A DNA stretch of 64,000 nucleotides from Okamejei kenojei (Eukaryota), in the NCBI GenBank assembly GCA_035221665.1, contig CM069142.1, forward strand, positions 43,276,001 through 43,340,000, in the 5' to 3' direction. Numbering within the stretch: position 1 is the first letter of the stretch; each line of letters begins with the position of its first letter. Of this stretch, positions 38,647-51,129 are shown in pieces. The position numbers and the translations under genes were made by a program. The notes under the pieces are model-generated. The model was not told where the DNA came from. It worked only from the letters and a program-made list of their open reading frames with translations, and ran no database searches.

Positions 38647-38919
38647 AAACCTATTGTTTATTCAATTACAAACTCCCACTGAGGCCCAACATGGTTCTGA
38701 GATACTACATGGTCATATAACTCAGAAAGATCCCTGGTCCACCATTATGCCTGGAAAGAGCTGTTCAATGTTCCCACTTTCCTGCACATTTCCCATGGCC
38801 CTGGAGTTGTCCTTTACCATGCATTTATCTGATTCTCCTTTGAACATACTTAGCTTAGCTTCCCAGACCACAACTGCTTTTAATCATCATTATCATACTT
38901 CAATAGCCAAGTATCAACC

Positions 38920-39285
38920 CTAGACTGTGAGCTCCTTGATGTTAAAGTCCACAGGCCGCAGTTGGAGCGTCGATCCCAGGCAAGGGATCAGCTCTGATGG
39001 TAAGTCCACGTCCCCGCGGTGGGGCTCAAAGTCAGTCCCGAGGAAGGCCCCCAGCTCCACGATGTTAGGCTGCAGAGCGACCCGAGATACAATCCGGAAA
39101 ACAATCGCATCTCCGGCAAGGTAAGAGATTTTTTTTAAGTTTCCTCCGACCCCCTCCCCCACACCCCACATAAAACAAACCAGAGAACATTAACACAAAC
39201 TTTTAAAACACAATAAAAATTAAAAAAAGACAAAAAGACAGACAGACTGTAGGCGAGGCTGCCATCGAAGCGCCACCCGGTGGTT
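38920..39285 (-). mobile_element. Same family, copy B (5' part)
   Basis: Minus strand CCACCGGGTGGCGCTTCGATGGCAGCCTCGCC... aligns with copies A and C. Confidence 0.7.
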
Positions 39286-41631
39286 TTCTCTTCAAAATTA
39301 TTCTCTTTCTTCCCTCCTCCCCCCCAATCACATGTTAATATTCTTCAATATGTATTCTCATTACCGCCTTCAGAATCAGTTTATCCTTGTATGATCTATT
39401 GGAACCTTAATGTTGCTCAGAGCTATGAGAGGATTTTGTGTATTTAGAGTGGGTGCAGAATATTGCCTTATAATGACTCATCGCAAGGATTGGCCTTGAC
39501 CGTGGAAGATTAGTGGGTGATCTAATTGTGGTGCTTAAGATGAGTAAAAGGGTAGGTAGTGTAAAACCACAGAAAGCTGTCAACAAGACGATATGATCTT
39601 CAAATTAGAACCGGGCTGTACAGAGGTGATGGTGATGGTAGGAAGCTTATCTTCACACAGAGTGTTGGGGAAACATGTTTATCTCCTGCCTCCAATGTAC
39701 TATTGAGACTGAGGAGCTGCTGAAAAATGTAGAACTAAAAATCTGTTACATTTTCATTGTAAAGGATGCAAAGGGAAACAGAATGTAGGAGATTAGATGG
39801 GATTGCAATGCGGTTCAACCATTGTGTAATCAAGTGAAAGAATAGGATTGGGCTCCTAAATTTTAATTCAAATACTGGATTAACTTTTACAGGAACACAG
39901 TATGATTGACACTATTGATATTTAAGTTTGGGAAAGGATTGTGGATCTTGGCAAGGTTGTTATGTAATTGTTTTCTGAAGACATTATAATGTGAATTGCA
40001 TTGACTTGGATTTTACTGTGTTTAGGTGCTTGCATTTAAACATGTAAATGTTAGCAAGTTCAGAACAGTAGTGTATGTGCATCAGAAAGAGTCCTAGTTT
40101 TGGTGATAATTTCCCACTGGTGAATCATGCACTCAGCTACATCGCATGATTCAAATTTCCTGAACTTCCCAGCAGTTGAACTTAGGATTCTACTTGCGGA
40201 TTTCACAACAGGTCAGACTGGCACAAGTCCGGACGAATTCACAAATGTAAGGAAGATCTGGTGCAGTAGGATGTGACTTTAGTAATTATATATTTGCTGC
40301 AATGTTTCCATTCCAGTACTGTGGCACTATAGCAAAGATTATTTTGGAATTCCGAAAGCACACTATTCACTGTTCCTTTACTTTGGAAAATCTCAGGACA
40401 GATTTTTGAATACAGTGGGTGGGTCATGGTCTACACAATGCATTACGTGTGACCACTCATCACCACTCATGGCCAAAGTCATCCACTTGACCAACTGGTG
40501 CCATTGCAACTCCACAAAGTGGGAACTTAATTTATAAAAATATCCATTCAATAAAAAAAATTGCTTACTTTCACTTAACTTTCTCACTTAGATGGTGGGT
40601 CCATTCACATGAATGGAGTCACATACCTGGCATAAAGCGAAAGCACCAATTATAACATTCAGTCTCTCTGCTCGATACTGAGTTGGAAAAACTGAGTCCA
40701 GTGGTGAAGTGGTAAGTCGGCTATTCACTACCACTGGTGTCTGACCTCCACTCGCATGCCATATATAAATCCCAGGTACTCACATGCAATTCTTATCAGA
40801 ACCAGAGACTGAGGAGTAGAACAATCTGAGCCAGTTTCCCCTCCTCTGCCCAAACCACCTCGCCTATTGCCATGATCTATGTAATCAGTCCTATCATTTA
40901 CCTTGATAATGACAGGCTTAGCAACCTGTCATATTCTGATCCTTCTCTATTGCCTTTCCTGAATAGTTACACTTGCTTATCTGCTGATCACCGTGCCCAT
41001 TCTGAAATCCAGTGAATGCTGGAAGATCAGAATCAATGAGCTCCCTTTCATGCAGGGTGCCAGGGGTTTAGGACGATGATGTCAGCCATCAGGTCGAGGG
41101 AAGTTCTCAGCTCTTAGTCCAGTTAATGACTGCAGTTCCATTTCTTTACCAACACTAATTCCTTTATGTCCTTTTTCCTCACAAGACCCTAGGATCCCTC
41201 TTATTCACGGAACCGTGAAATCAGGTACAAAGAATTCATTTGATGGTTTTGCCATTATCTTAATCCCATTATAATTTCTCCTTTTTCTGCCTGCATGTTT
41301 ACATTTGCTAATCCTTCATACGTACATCCCAAAGGGGCTTTTGCATTCTGTTTGAATGCCCTGCCCTAGTTAATGGCAGGGATTTGTACTTCTCGAGAAG
41401 CAATGTCGGTGCATGCATAGGCCTTGATGTTTCCACAGCCGGTCCACTCGAGGGGAAGGGCTGGAATAAGTTTGTGAATTGAGTTTCATGAAATTCTGCT
41501 CCACCAAAACTTGTCTATAATTTCCAGTCAGATTGCAGAAGGGCCCTTTTGAGATCAACTGAAGGTTTAAGCTTTATTAGGGAAGCATAATCAATTCCCG
41601 GGGGTTTCAAGGCATCCTGGGCTTGGAATGG

Positions 41632-43861
41632 TGTAGATGATATGCGTATACACCTTTAATTGATAGTGACGATGTCCATGCTAACCACCCCCCCACCAGT
41701 TAGTATAATTGTAACCCACACGCCCCTAGCTCTCTCTCTGGTGATCGTGACAGACCACGTACAGCTAGGGCTATATGATGTATGATTAATAAAGTAGTGA
41801 AGACCTTAAGGTGTCTGTGTACCTTCTCTACATGGTGTCAGAAGTGGGATAGGCGGCAACGATCCAACAATCCTTTAGCACTGCCCACTGCGCGCTCGGC
41901 CAATCCGTTGCTCTGTGGGTATTCCGGGCTGCTGGTGTAATGACGAAAGTTCCATCGTTCGGCAAAAGCGCGGAACTCGGCACTGGTGAACTGGCTTCAG
42001 GATGCCCGTGGCCACCATCTCGCGAAGAGCAGACTCGACCTTGCCCCTCATGGCGAAGGACACACGGTGTGGGGGACGGATGACCGGCCTGATGTCGGGA
42101 TTGAGGGCAATCTTGTAGCTGCAGGGCAACTTCCCCAGCTTCAAGTCAAACCGGTCTGGGAATTCGGCCAGCGGATTCAGGGGTGCCTCTACCAGGTGGA
42201 CATCGCTGTGGAAGCTCACCAATCCGAGGTCCTGGCAGGCCTCCACGCCGAGCAGGGGGTCACATTTACCGTCTAGCAGGAAGAAAGAGAGGGGCCAAGA
42301 GGTCTTCAGCACCTTGCAGTGGAGAGTGGCCCTCCCCACAGGAACAAGTACGCCACCCCCATAGGCACGCAAAACAGCAATGTCTGTGGAAACGAGCTCA
42401 TTATTTCTTATCTTCCTGAACAGGCTTGTTGACATAACATTAGCAGCAGCCCCCGTATCCACCTTAGCAGAGAAGGCCATGCCATTCACCGTGACTCGGA
42501 CGGTTGGGTCCGTTATCAGAGCAGCTGCACCTCGCAAGAAAAACACACTCAGATCGCTCTGAGAAGAGTCAGAGTCAGACGGGGGGAGTTCATCATGCTG
42601 GAGATGGGAACCAGACCCTGTATCATCATGTGTCAGGTAGCGAGACGGTTTCTGCTGTGGCTATGCAGGGTTCCCACGGGAACGGCATGCTGCCAAGAAG
42701 TGGTTGGGCTTGTTGCAGAAATTACAGGTTTTCCCCAACGCCGGGCACACATTAGAATGGTGTGAAACAAAGTTATAATTTGGACATCGTTGAGGCGGTC
42801 TGAAGCCCTGCAGTGGGCTTGCCCTCTGTCGCCAGGGAGCCTTGTACTGGTGACCAGCGAGACTGGCTGAGTGGACCACAGGGTCAGGTACAGCGGAGGA
42901 GAAAGCCTCAGCTAAACGAGAGGCATGCAACGCCTCATTGAATGTCAGATCAGGCTTACGCAGCAGCTCAGAGCGCAGCTTATCATCCCGTAGACCAAAG
43001 ACCAAGATGTCAAGGGTCAAAGTATCAGGGGTCAGGACATGCAGGTCACATCGGCGAGCCAGTTGGCGCAGCGTGGCCACGAAATTGTGAATAGATTCCC
43101 CAGGGTTTTGGCGTCGGGAGAACAGTTTGAAACACTCTAAGATGTGGTTAGTGAAGGTCACTACATCACCGTAAATTTAGCAAGCAGACATACCGGGTCC
43201 TGGATACTCTCACCCTGTCCATAGATGAATGACTCCGATCACTCAAGCGCTTCGGGACCAGCGTGATTAAGCAGCAGGGAAGCCTTGACAGCGGGGGCCA
43301 CAGCAGGGTGAGCGATTGTAACATAATGCTCAAAGTCACATCGGAACACACTCCAGCGATGTGTGATGTCTGCATCAAAGACTAGGATGTCAAGTTTACG
43401 ACAGGTAGAAGCAATCACGGCACAGGGAGGGGGTACTGGGACTAAGAAAATAAAACGCGATTGACTGGAGATGCAGGAAGAAGAACTTCTGATGCCATGT
43501 AGAGAAAGGATGTAGATGATATGTGTATACACCTTTAATTGATAGTGACGATGTCCATGCTAACCACCCCCACACCCCCTTGCCCTTCTCTTCGCCGTCC
43601 CCCCCGATGCCTTCGTCGCCCAGAGGTTCTCCTGTCCGCAGCCCCCACCATGCCCCGGCGACGTCCCCGCTTGTTCCCGTCGGGGAAGGAGGTGATGGCG
43701 AGGTGCGGACCCGGTCTGGTCGCCTGGTCAGGCCGCCGGTCCGTTACGGCGATTACGTGTCTCTCTCTGGTGATCGTGACAGACCACGTGCAGCTAGGGC
43801 TATATGATGTATGATTAATAAAGTAGTGAAGACCTTAAGGTGTCTGTGCACCTTCTCTACA
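41632..43861 (+). mobile_element. Gypsy LTR retrotransposon (rearranged, non-autonomous)
   Basis: LTRs 41632-41832 and 43511-43861 (TGTAG...CTACA, AATAAA near the 3' end), PBS TGGTGTCAGAAGTGGGAT (41833-41850, tRNA-Leu type), purine tract AGAGAAAGGA before the right LTR, 5-bp TSD AATGG/GATGG. Confidence 0.9.
41851..43420 (-). pseudogene. Gypsy gag - protease - RT N-terminus / integrase core, deleted and frameshifted
   Basis: Gag RRQNPGESIHNFVATLRQLARRC and CPALGKTCNFCNKPNHFLAAC; protease VDTGAAANV; RT start RPPHRVSFA; then [32 protein letters not shown] (integrase). Confidence 0.9.
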
Positions 43862-44684
43862 GATGGGGTAATGGAATCTCCATCCTGTGGTTAAATATTT
43901 GTCTGGGATATCATGGGGGCTTAGGACAATGAAACCTGTGGTCAATTGAACCAAGATTATGGATTGAGGTAACGCAACTATTTTGATGTAACCAGGGGAT
44001 ATATGCATTTAGCTATCATAGCAGAGTGGGTTATATAAAAATAATAGTCCAGTAAAAAACAGGTCAATGTTCATCCAGTATTCAGCTGGTGGCCCCACAC
44101 TTGGGGCTATAAAATTATTCACACAACTATCTCTTCTTAGTGATAGAGAGATGTAGCAAGGAAACAGGCCCTTCGGCCCATCGAGTCAAGTGTATAATTG
44201 TCATATGCGTTAGGACAGGAATGATGAAATTCCTGCATGCTACAGCTTCACAGGTATTTTAACACAAACAAACAACAAGTGAATGTGCAATAGACAATAA
44301 GACAGTATTAATAGTTATATGGTAACAAGGCCACTATACTACAAGCCGAAGTATGTCATGCTACTTTATGCAAAGTACATAGCAGTTGTTTGCTGAGGTA
44401 GGTTGTGATTATAGTAGTGCAGGGTGATTCAAATGCCTGATAGTTGATGGGAAGATTCAGTTCCTGAACCTAGAGGAAACATTCTCAGGATGGTAGGAGC
44501 AAGATGAGAGCGTAAACATGTGGTGTGATTATTTCATGATATTAGCTGCTTTCCTGAGGCAGGAAGGCAGGTTCTTCTGACCTGAACATCTCTTCGAAGG
44601 TGGGAAGGTTGTGACAGATCATGCAATGACCCCCCAGTTTATGCAACTTTATTCTCGGGCGTTTGAGTTACCGAATCACACTGA

Positions 44685-44965
44685 CCATCAAGCACCATTT
44701 TTATATGAACGCTACACTAACCCATTTTATCCCCCCACATTCCCATCAAATCCACCCCAGATTCTACCACTTTCCTAGACATTAAGGGCAATTTACAGTG
44801 GCCAATTAATCTAGCAATGCGCACATTGTTGAGATGTGGGAGGAAACTGGAGCAAGTGGATCAACTCACAGTCACTGGGAGAATATGGAAACTCCACACA
44901 GACAGCATGAGAGGTCAGGATCAAACCCGGGTCTCTGGTGTTGTGAGGCAGCACCTCTACTGCCT
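44685..44965 (-). mobile_element. Diverged V-SINE
   Basis: Antisense of GGTAGAGGTGCTGCCTCACAACACCAGAGACCCGGGTTTGATCCTGACC. Confidence 0.7.
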
Positions 44966-45927
44966 GTACCTAGGCAAGAGCATGACATGCTTCCATTCAT
45001 AATTCTATGAGTTCTGAAGTGGCTGATTTTGCAGGATCCACAGACACTTCCATGGATAGAGCAGGAGATGTCTGATCCAGACCGCAGCTGCACGTCAGTT
45101 TTTCTCCATGCTATAATCTGCTCATTATGTTGGAAAATGGAAAAACATTGTACTTCCTAGAATTAAAGCTGTTCAGGTTGGTGAACACACAAACAAAGGC
45201 TGAACTAGAGAACTCTGAGTCAGAAGACTGTGCTTCACTCCCACTTCAAGATATGAACACACAATTCAAATGAGTTATACTATTAATAAAAAACAGAAGA
45301 CATTGGAAACATACAGTGGCATCTGTGGAAAGAGTTGCACTGTTGAAGGGCTGCCATTTTTAAATGAATTTGTATAAATCCATTTATATGACTTTCCCTA
45401 ACTAGAATGTTGGATGCAAAATCCATGGCGAAAATCTTGAAAAAGAACAAGTGCTTTCTTGTTGACCATTCCAATATATAGCAGAAAAACAATGATAGCA
45501 TCAGGTATGAAGGGATGGAAAATGGAGAAGTGCCAGGCAATGATGATAGCCAACAAGAGAAACTCCCTGATAGTCAGCGACTTTATAATCACTGATTGCC
45601 CCCCAATCAATGTCCTGAGGTTCACTGTTGACCAGAAACTGAACAGGAGTAGCCACAAACATGATGTTTTGTGTATTAACCAGATTTTTTTTTAAATCAT
45701 TTAAAGTATGAGGGCTGCATGGTTTGTGTCAGCATTTAATTGCCCATTCCTAACCTCACCTCCTAATATCCCAAAGCCTGTCCACCATCTACAAAGGTGA
45801 GATGCAATACTACCCACTTGCCTGAATCAGTACAGCTTCACTAAAGAAGCTGGACACCATATGGAACAAAGCAGTCCACTTGAAAGGAACCCCATCTACA
45901 ACCATTCACTCCCTCCACCACCGACAC

Positions 45928-45928
<1 letters not shown>

Positions 45929-45958
<30 letters not shown>
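45929..45958. repeat. (CAG)n microsatellite
   Basis: About 10 units, within decayed LINE sequence. Confidence 0.95.
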
Positions 45959-45959
<1 letters not shown>

Positions 45960-45989
45960 TAGTACCATGTCCTGGAAGCACTGCAGCAA

Positions 45990-46212
45990 TACAGTGGCGC
46001 AGCGGTAGAGTTGCTGCCTTATAGCGCTTGCAGGGCCAGAAACCCAGGTTCAATCCCGACTACGGGCGCTGTCTAAATGGAGTTTTTACGTGACCTGCTT
46101 GTGTTTTCTATGAGATCTTCGGTTTCTTCCCACACTCCAAAGACATACAAATTTGTAGGTTAATTGGCTAGGTACAAGTGTAAATTGTCGCTAGTGTACG
46201 TAGGATAGTGTT
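45990..46212 (+). mobile_element. HE1-type V-SINE, 3'-truncated
   Basis: CAGTGGCGCAGCGGTAGAGTTGCTGCC...GGTTCAATCCCGACTACGGG. Confidence 0.85.
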
Positions 46213-46213
46213 A

Positions 46214-46292
46214 AGGGCCTGTCCCACTTGGCGATTTTTTTCGGCGACTGCCAGCGTCATATCAGTGTCGCCAAAAGATTTTGATACATTTC
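46214..46292 (+). mobile_element. Possible PIF/Harbinger-type MITE end
   Basis: TAA followed by GGGCCTGTCCCACTTGGCGA; no partner TIR seen. Confidence 0.4.
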
Positions 46293-46951
46293 AGGCAGTG
46301 GGTCAGGCAGTATCTGTGGAAAGAGAGGCAGATCTTCTACTTGAAACTTTAACTGCTTCTCCTTCCATAGATGCTGCTGTACATTTCCAATGTCTTCTGC
46401 TTTTTATTAATGATCTGTATGGCACTGGGAGACAGCAAGAAGAAAGGTCCATCGCTGCTACTTGTTATCCAGCAATCTCTACTGGAAGAAACTTGTCCAG
46501 GATATAGGATGCAGTCAGGCTTGGGATAAAACATAAAGTGCTGTGCGGTTGAATAGTCTGTGAAGTTCTGGACAGCACAGTGGATGGAGAAAAACGGCAG
46601 TGGACCTGAATCCCAGCCTTCAGGAGAAATGGGGAAAGAAAATTAACTACATTAATTATGGAAACCAAACTGTTCCTAGTGAGGTAAAACTTGCATAAAT
46701 GTTATTTTCAATTTACTAAAGGTTTTTTTCCATTTTGACAAGTAAAACCACAATGAAGGTGGCTCGTGCACAGATTAATTTCAGAATAACTGGGCCATGG
46801 CAGTGAGCATTATTTGTCACCTTAAGTTGAAAAGCTAATATTGTACAGAGCCAAGATTTTGTCAGCTTTTTCTCTCTTACTACATCCAGGAGTGAAAAGG
46901 ATTAAGTTTAATGAGCCTGGGAGCAGGTGGCTTTGCTGATTTGCTTTTAAT

Positions 46952-47142
46952 GTGCCAGCAGAAGTGGTGGAGGCAGGATCGATTTTAACATTTAAGACTA
47001 AAGTGGATAGGTATATGGACGTGAAGGGAATGGAGGGGTATGGTCTGAGTGCAGGTAGATGGGACTAGGGGAAAACAAATGGTCGGCACGGACTGGAAGG
47101 GCCGAGAGGGCATGTTTCCGTGCTGTAATTGTTATATGGTTA
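46952..47142 (+). mobile_element. 3' end of the same young CR1 subfamily as 4170-8558
   Basis: Nearly identical to the reverse complement of 4185-4375. Confidence 0.9.
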
Positions 47143-48153
47143 AATGCACCTCATGGCCAAAAGCAGACTCCTACAGATAATGGAAACTGGAAATCAAAGA
47201 AAACGACTGGAAAAAACTGTACAAGGCAGGGAGCATCTGCGGAAAGACTAGCTGAGTTAACATTTCAAGTTAATTATATTTGTCAAGATGGAAAAAGTAG
47301 GTGCAATAATACAATAAATAAACATACAATATCAGTTATTTTAGGTGGACCAGACCGTGATAATGAATGATGAAGTAAGTACTGAAGTGCAAAGTCCATA
47401 GTAGTTCAGTGCTGAGAGATGGTTATGGTTCTGGCTAGTTCAATGGCACTTAATTATCACACGAACCAAGGTACAGTGACTTTTTTTGCATACAGATCAG
47501 TAAGATTATTGCATTAGATTATTACATAAGTACAATCCTTGATTCGGTATAAAATGCATAGAAACAACCCACTGAGCCCATATGCAAGTCAGCAAGCTTT
47601 GGCACAATTTTTAAAATCCCAGCTGCAGTTGGCTATGAAGACAAGTTGCAGCCGTCGCCATGATCCCGATCATCCTGCAAACCGTCATCCCTCGCCTTGC
47701 TAGGCCACCTTCAGCCTTTATGCCTGAGAAGAGGGGAGGATGAGGCTACAGCTGACCTCGAGAACTGGAAAGAAATAACCCCCCCGTATTTTTCATACCG
47801 TCCCTTTTTCTAATGTCCATTTCCACCGCCAACTACCTCCACCCTCTTTTCCAGTTCCCGGTCCTCAGTGACGAGCAGGGGACGAGTCTCGGACAAGGCT
47901 CCCACTCCAGGAAGGGTTCCTGGTTCTGCAGCAGGCGAGCCAGGTCTGCTGCCAGGGTACGGGAGTGGCCCACAGTGCATTGGGAGCGTGACCCATCGGG
48001 AGCTAATGAGAATTTCATTATTCGGTTTGTCAAGAGCCTGATGGTTGATTTGAAGTAGCTGTTCTTGAACCTCGAGATAATTGTTCACGGGCTTCTTCCC
48101 GATGGTAGTAAGAAGGGACTGTAGCTACGGTAGTACGGGTCTTTGTTGATATT

Positions 48154-49003
48154 CAATGGTTCAATGGTCCTTTATTGTCACGTGTACTGAGGTACAGTTA
48201 AATTTGATTTACCATACAGTCATACCAAAAAAGCAACAAGATACAAAACTACAAAAAATTTAAAACATAAACAGCCACCATAGCGGCGTGTGTGAATCGC
48301 TAGGGCACACAACATAAGCGGAGACCCACAGCCATCAATTCAATGTCCAGGTCGCACACGCTCCTTCACCGTGATGTGACCAGAGTTGAACCGACTGCTG
48401 TCACTCTTTCTGCAGTCCCTGTCCACCCGAACAGTCAGGAAGCCGTCCACAGTCGCACCAGACTCCAGGATGTTCTCAAGGCATGATGCCCCCGTAAACA
48501 GCGAGATCACTGCACTCACGGCAATCCCTCCGAGTCCCCACCAGCGCAGGCAGCACGTCCATATTGTTTATCGGCGGCCTCACATTCCCCACTGTAATGG
48601 AAGGTGAATAAGTTTTACATTCTTCCTACTTTTCTCCCGCGGTCGGTGCGATCGAAACATCCGCAGTCGGGGCGATCGAAGCTCCCGTAGTGGGAGATTG
48701 AAGCCGCCGCAACAGGGCGATCGGGGTGGTTGAAGCTCCTGCGATTGGAGCTCCCGAAGTCGATCCCAAACAAAGGGGCCGCCAGCTCCACGATGTTAGG
48801 CCGCAGTGTGGATGGAGATACAATACGGAAAAAGTTGCATGTTCGTCGAGGGAAGAGATAAGAAAAGTTCCCCCTCACCCTCCACATAATACAAAACTAA
48901 AGATACACTAAAACATACAAATAAAACTGACTAAAAGCAATAAAAGAAGAAAGGGACAAGACAGGCTGTCGGCGAGGCTGCCTCTTATGGCTCCACCCGG
49001 TGG
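48154..49003 (-). mobile_element. Non-autonomous Rex/L2-type retroelement, copy C, with 7-bp TSD
   Basis: TGATATT duplicated at 48147-48153 and 49004-49010; 5' CCACCGGGTGGAGCC; 3' gtgacaataaa(ccattga)n. Inserted in an older Rex 3' fragment (48030-49055). Confidence 0.75.
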
Positions 49004-51129
49004 TGATATTAGCTACCTTCATGGGGCAGCGCTTCCTGTAGATGCCTTCAATTATGTGCAGGTCAATACATGTGATGGACTGGACTTTGAATTTTGAATA
49101 ATAGTGCCAAAAATGGCAGGGACTGCATGAGTAATATATGCAAAGAGGATTTCACTGTGCAGTTGCATACATGGCAAATAAAACATAATTGATCCATCGA
49201 CTGACCATTTATAGCTACTGAGCATTTGTAAGAATGCAAAACTGACAAGAAGGGCTGTTGAAGACCAGTTAGCCCACTGTTGGTTGTCATGGTATCTGCT
49301 GTATCTACCTTACATCGTGCTTGCATCAGGACACAGAAACCCCTGGTTAGGAATACATATTTTATAATAGAATTGACGTCGGCTGCCAGTAAATCTTGGA
49401 TTAATGTAATGTGCATAATGTATTTTACTTCGGAGTCACGTGAGTGACTACGTGAAGAAGCCCCGCCTGGCGCTTGATCGGCATTACGTCGACGCTGATG
49501 GCAGAGCATGAGCTGCAGAGGCAGCTCCTCGACAGCGGTAGGTACGGGCCCGCAGGTAAGTGCAGTTGAAATACTTACAGGGCATATCTAAACTCTGTGG
49601 CTGGTGTATAGAGCCCCCAGGAGTTAAAAGGAATTTGAAAGCAAAAAATAAAGTAAACGTTAAAATGAAAAGAAAATACTCTGGGTGGAAAAAACGGAGT
49701 TTAAAAAAGCGTCCCAGGGGAATACTCAGCGATCGGGACGGGAGATTAAGTGCGGAGCGGTTCCGATACTAGTGGCCGTTAAAATTACCGTTAGGGAGAC
49801 TTTAGTCGCTCCACAAACTTATGGCTATGAGAAAAAAACGGAGTTTAAAAGTTAAAAAGAAAAAGAAAAACTCCAGATGGAAAAACGCCAGTAGGGAGGA
49901 ATTTAAAATAAAAGTCAGAGAGGCCATGATTTAAAAAGTTTTAATAAAAAGGCCTCCAGACAAAAAAAGCTTTATGGCTTAAAATTAATGGAGAAAGACT
50001 CCAAAAATAAAAAAAATCAACCAAAGGGTTTAAAAGGCCCAGAATATTCCCCAAAACAGATCCTGAGGGGTTAATATATATGGTGGAATTTATCAATGTG
50101 GGAATATCTACCTCGGATTGTTTTGGAGGTAGTCTCCTTGAGGAAAAACTCAGGAGTAACCAGGGCAGTAAAAGAATATGAAAAAAACTGACCCTAAAGG
50201 TGCATTGATAGGGGTGGCTGGTCATAAAGTACCCACCACAGCACAAATATATATATATATACAGGTGTACTAGGTACAATACCTGAATGAAGGAGTGAGG
50301 CCATGGAAAGTAACCATGGAAACCAAAATTATTTGGTCTCTCACGAAAGCTGTTATGGTTAAAACAGCAGAATTATTGATAAAACTTTTATGTTTTATTA
50401 AGGTATCAACGGTGAATCCGTTTATGGTACCCATGTCTCAATTATATGGAGACATAAGGAAATATGTTTTCAAATTATTTCAAGCTGGTGCGTGGCATCA
50501 CTATTTATGTAACACAAATGAAACATTGTCCAATAACCAAAACATTTTAAATAAAAAGACAAATTGCCATCAGTTTGTGGAGCTCAATGGGATTAAAATA
50601 TATTATATTTTAATATAATATATAATATTTAATATATAATATATGTGTGTGTGTGTGTGTGTGTGCATATATATATGTATATGTCTAATTGTTATTGGGA
50701 CCAATTTTGCACTTTAGATTTTCAGGTCAAAACAGATCAATTTATGTTAAACTCCTGATTATTATGGAGTAACCCTGCCTCAGGATAAATCAAAGACATT
50801 CATTACAAAAGAAAGACTATTGGTCATTAAACTTTGGCAAGATTATGATCCAATGTAAAGATTTGATAATGGATCAAAACAAAGGCAGGAGTACAATAAA
50901 TAAATATTTATTCAACACAGCCTTATGTGAACCCATATGATTGGGAAGGGAAGGCTTCATGTACATTTGAAGAGGTGCAAAAACTTGTTACAGAAGAAGT
51001 TGATGATATCTCCAATTGTGGGAGATTACAGGTGTGTTATGATCAATGATATGGCATAACAAAGGACTACAAAAAATTTGTAGAAGGAATTGGTTCACCT
51101 GTATAGGAAACCTAAAAATTGATTTTAGG

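Noticed and set aside
45841-46053. Poly-Cys / poly-Gln ORF
   Set aside because: Artefact of a (CAG)n microsatellite within LINE/SINE remnants.
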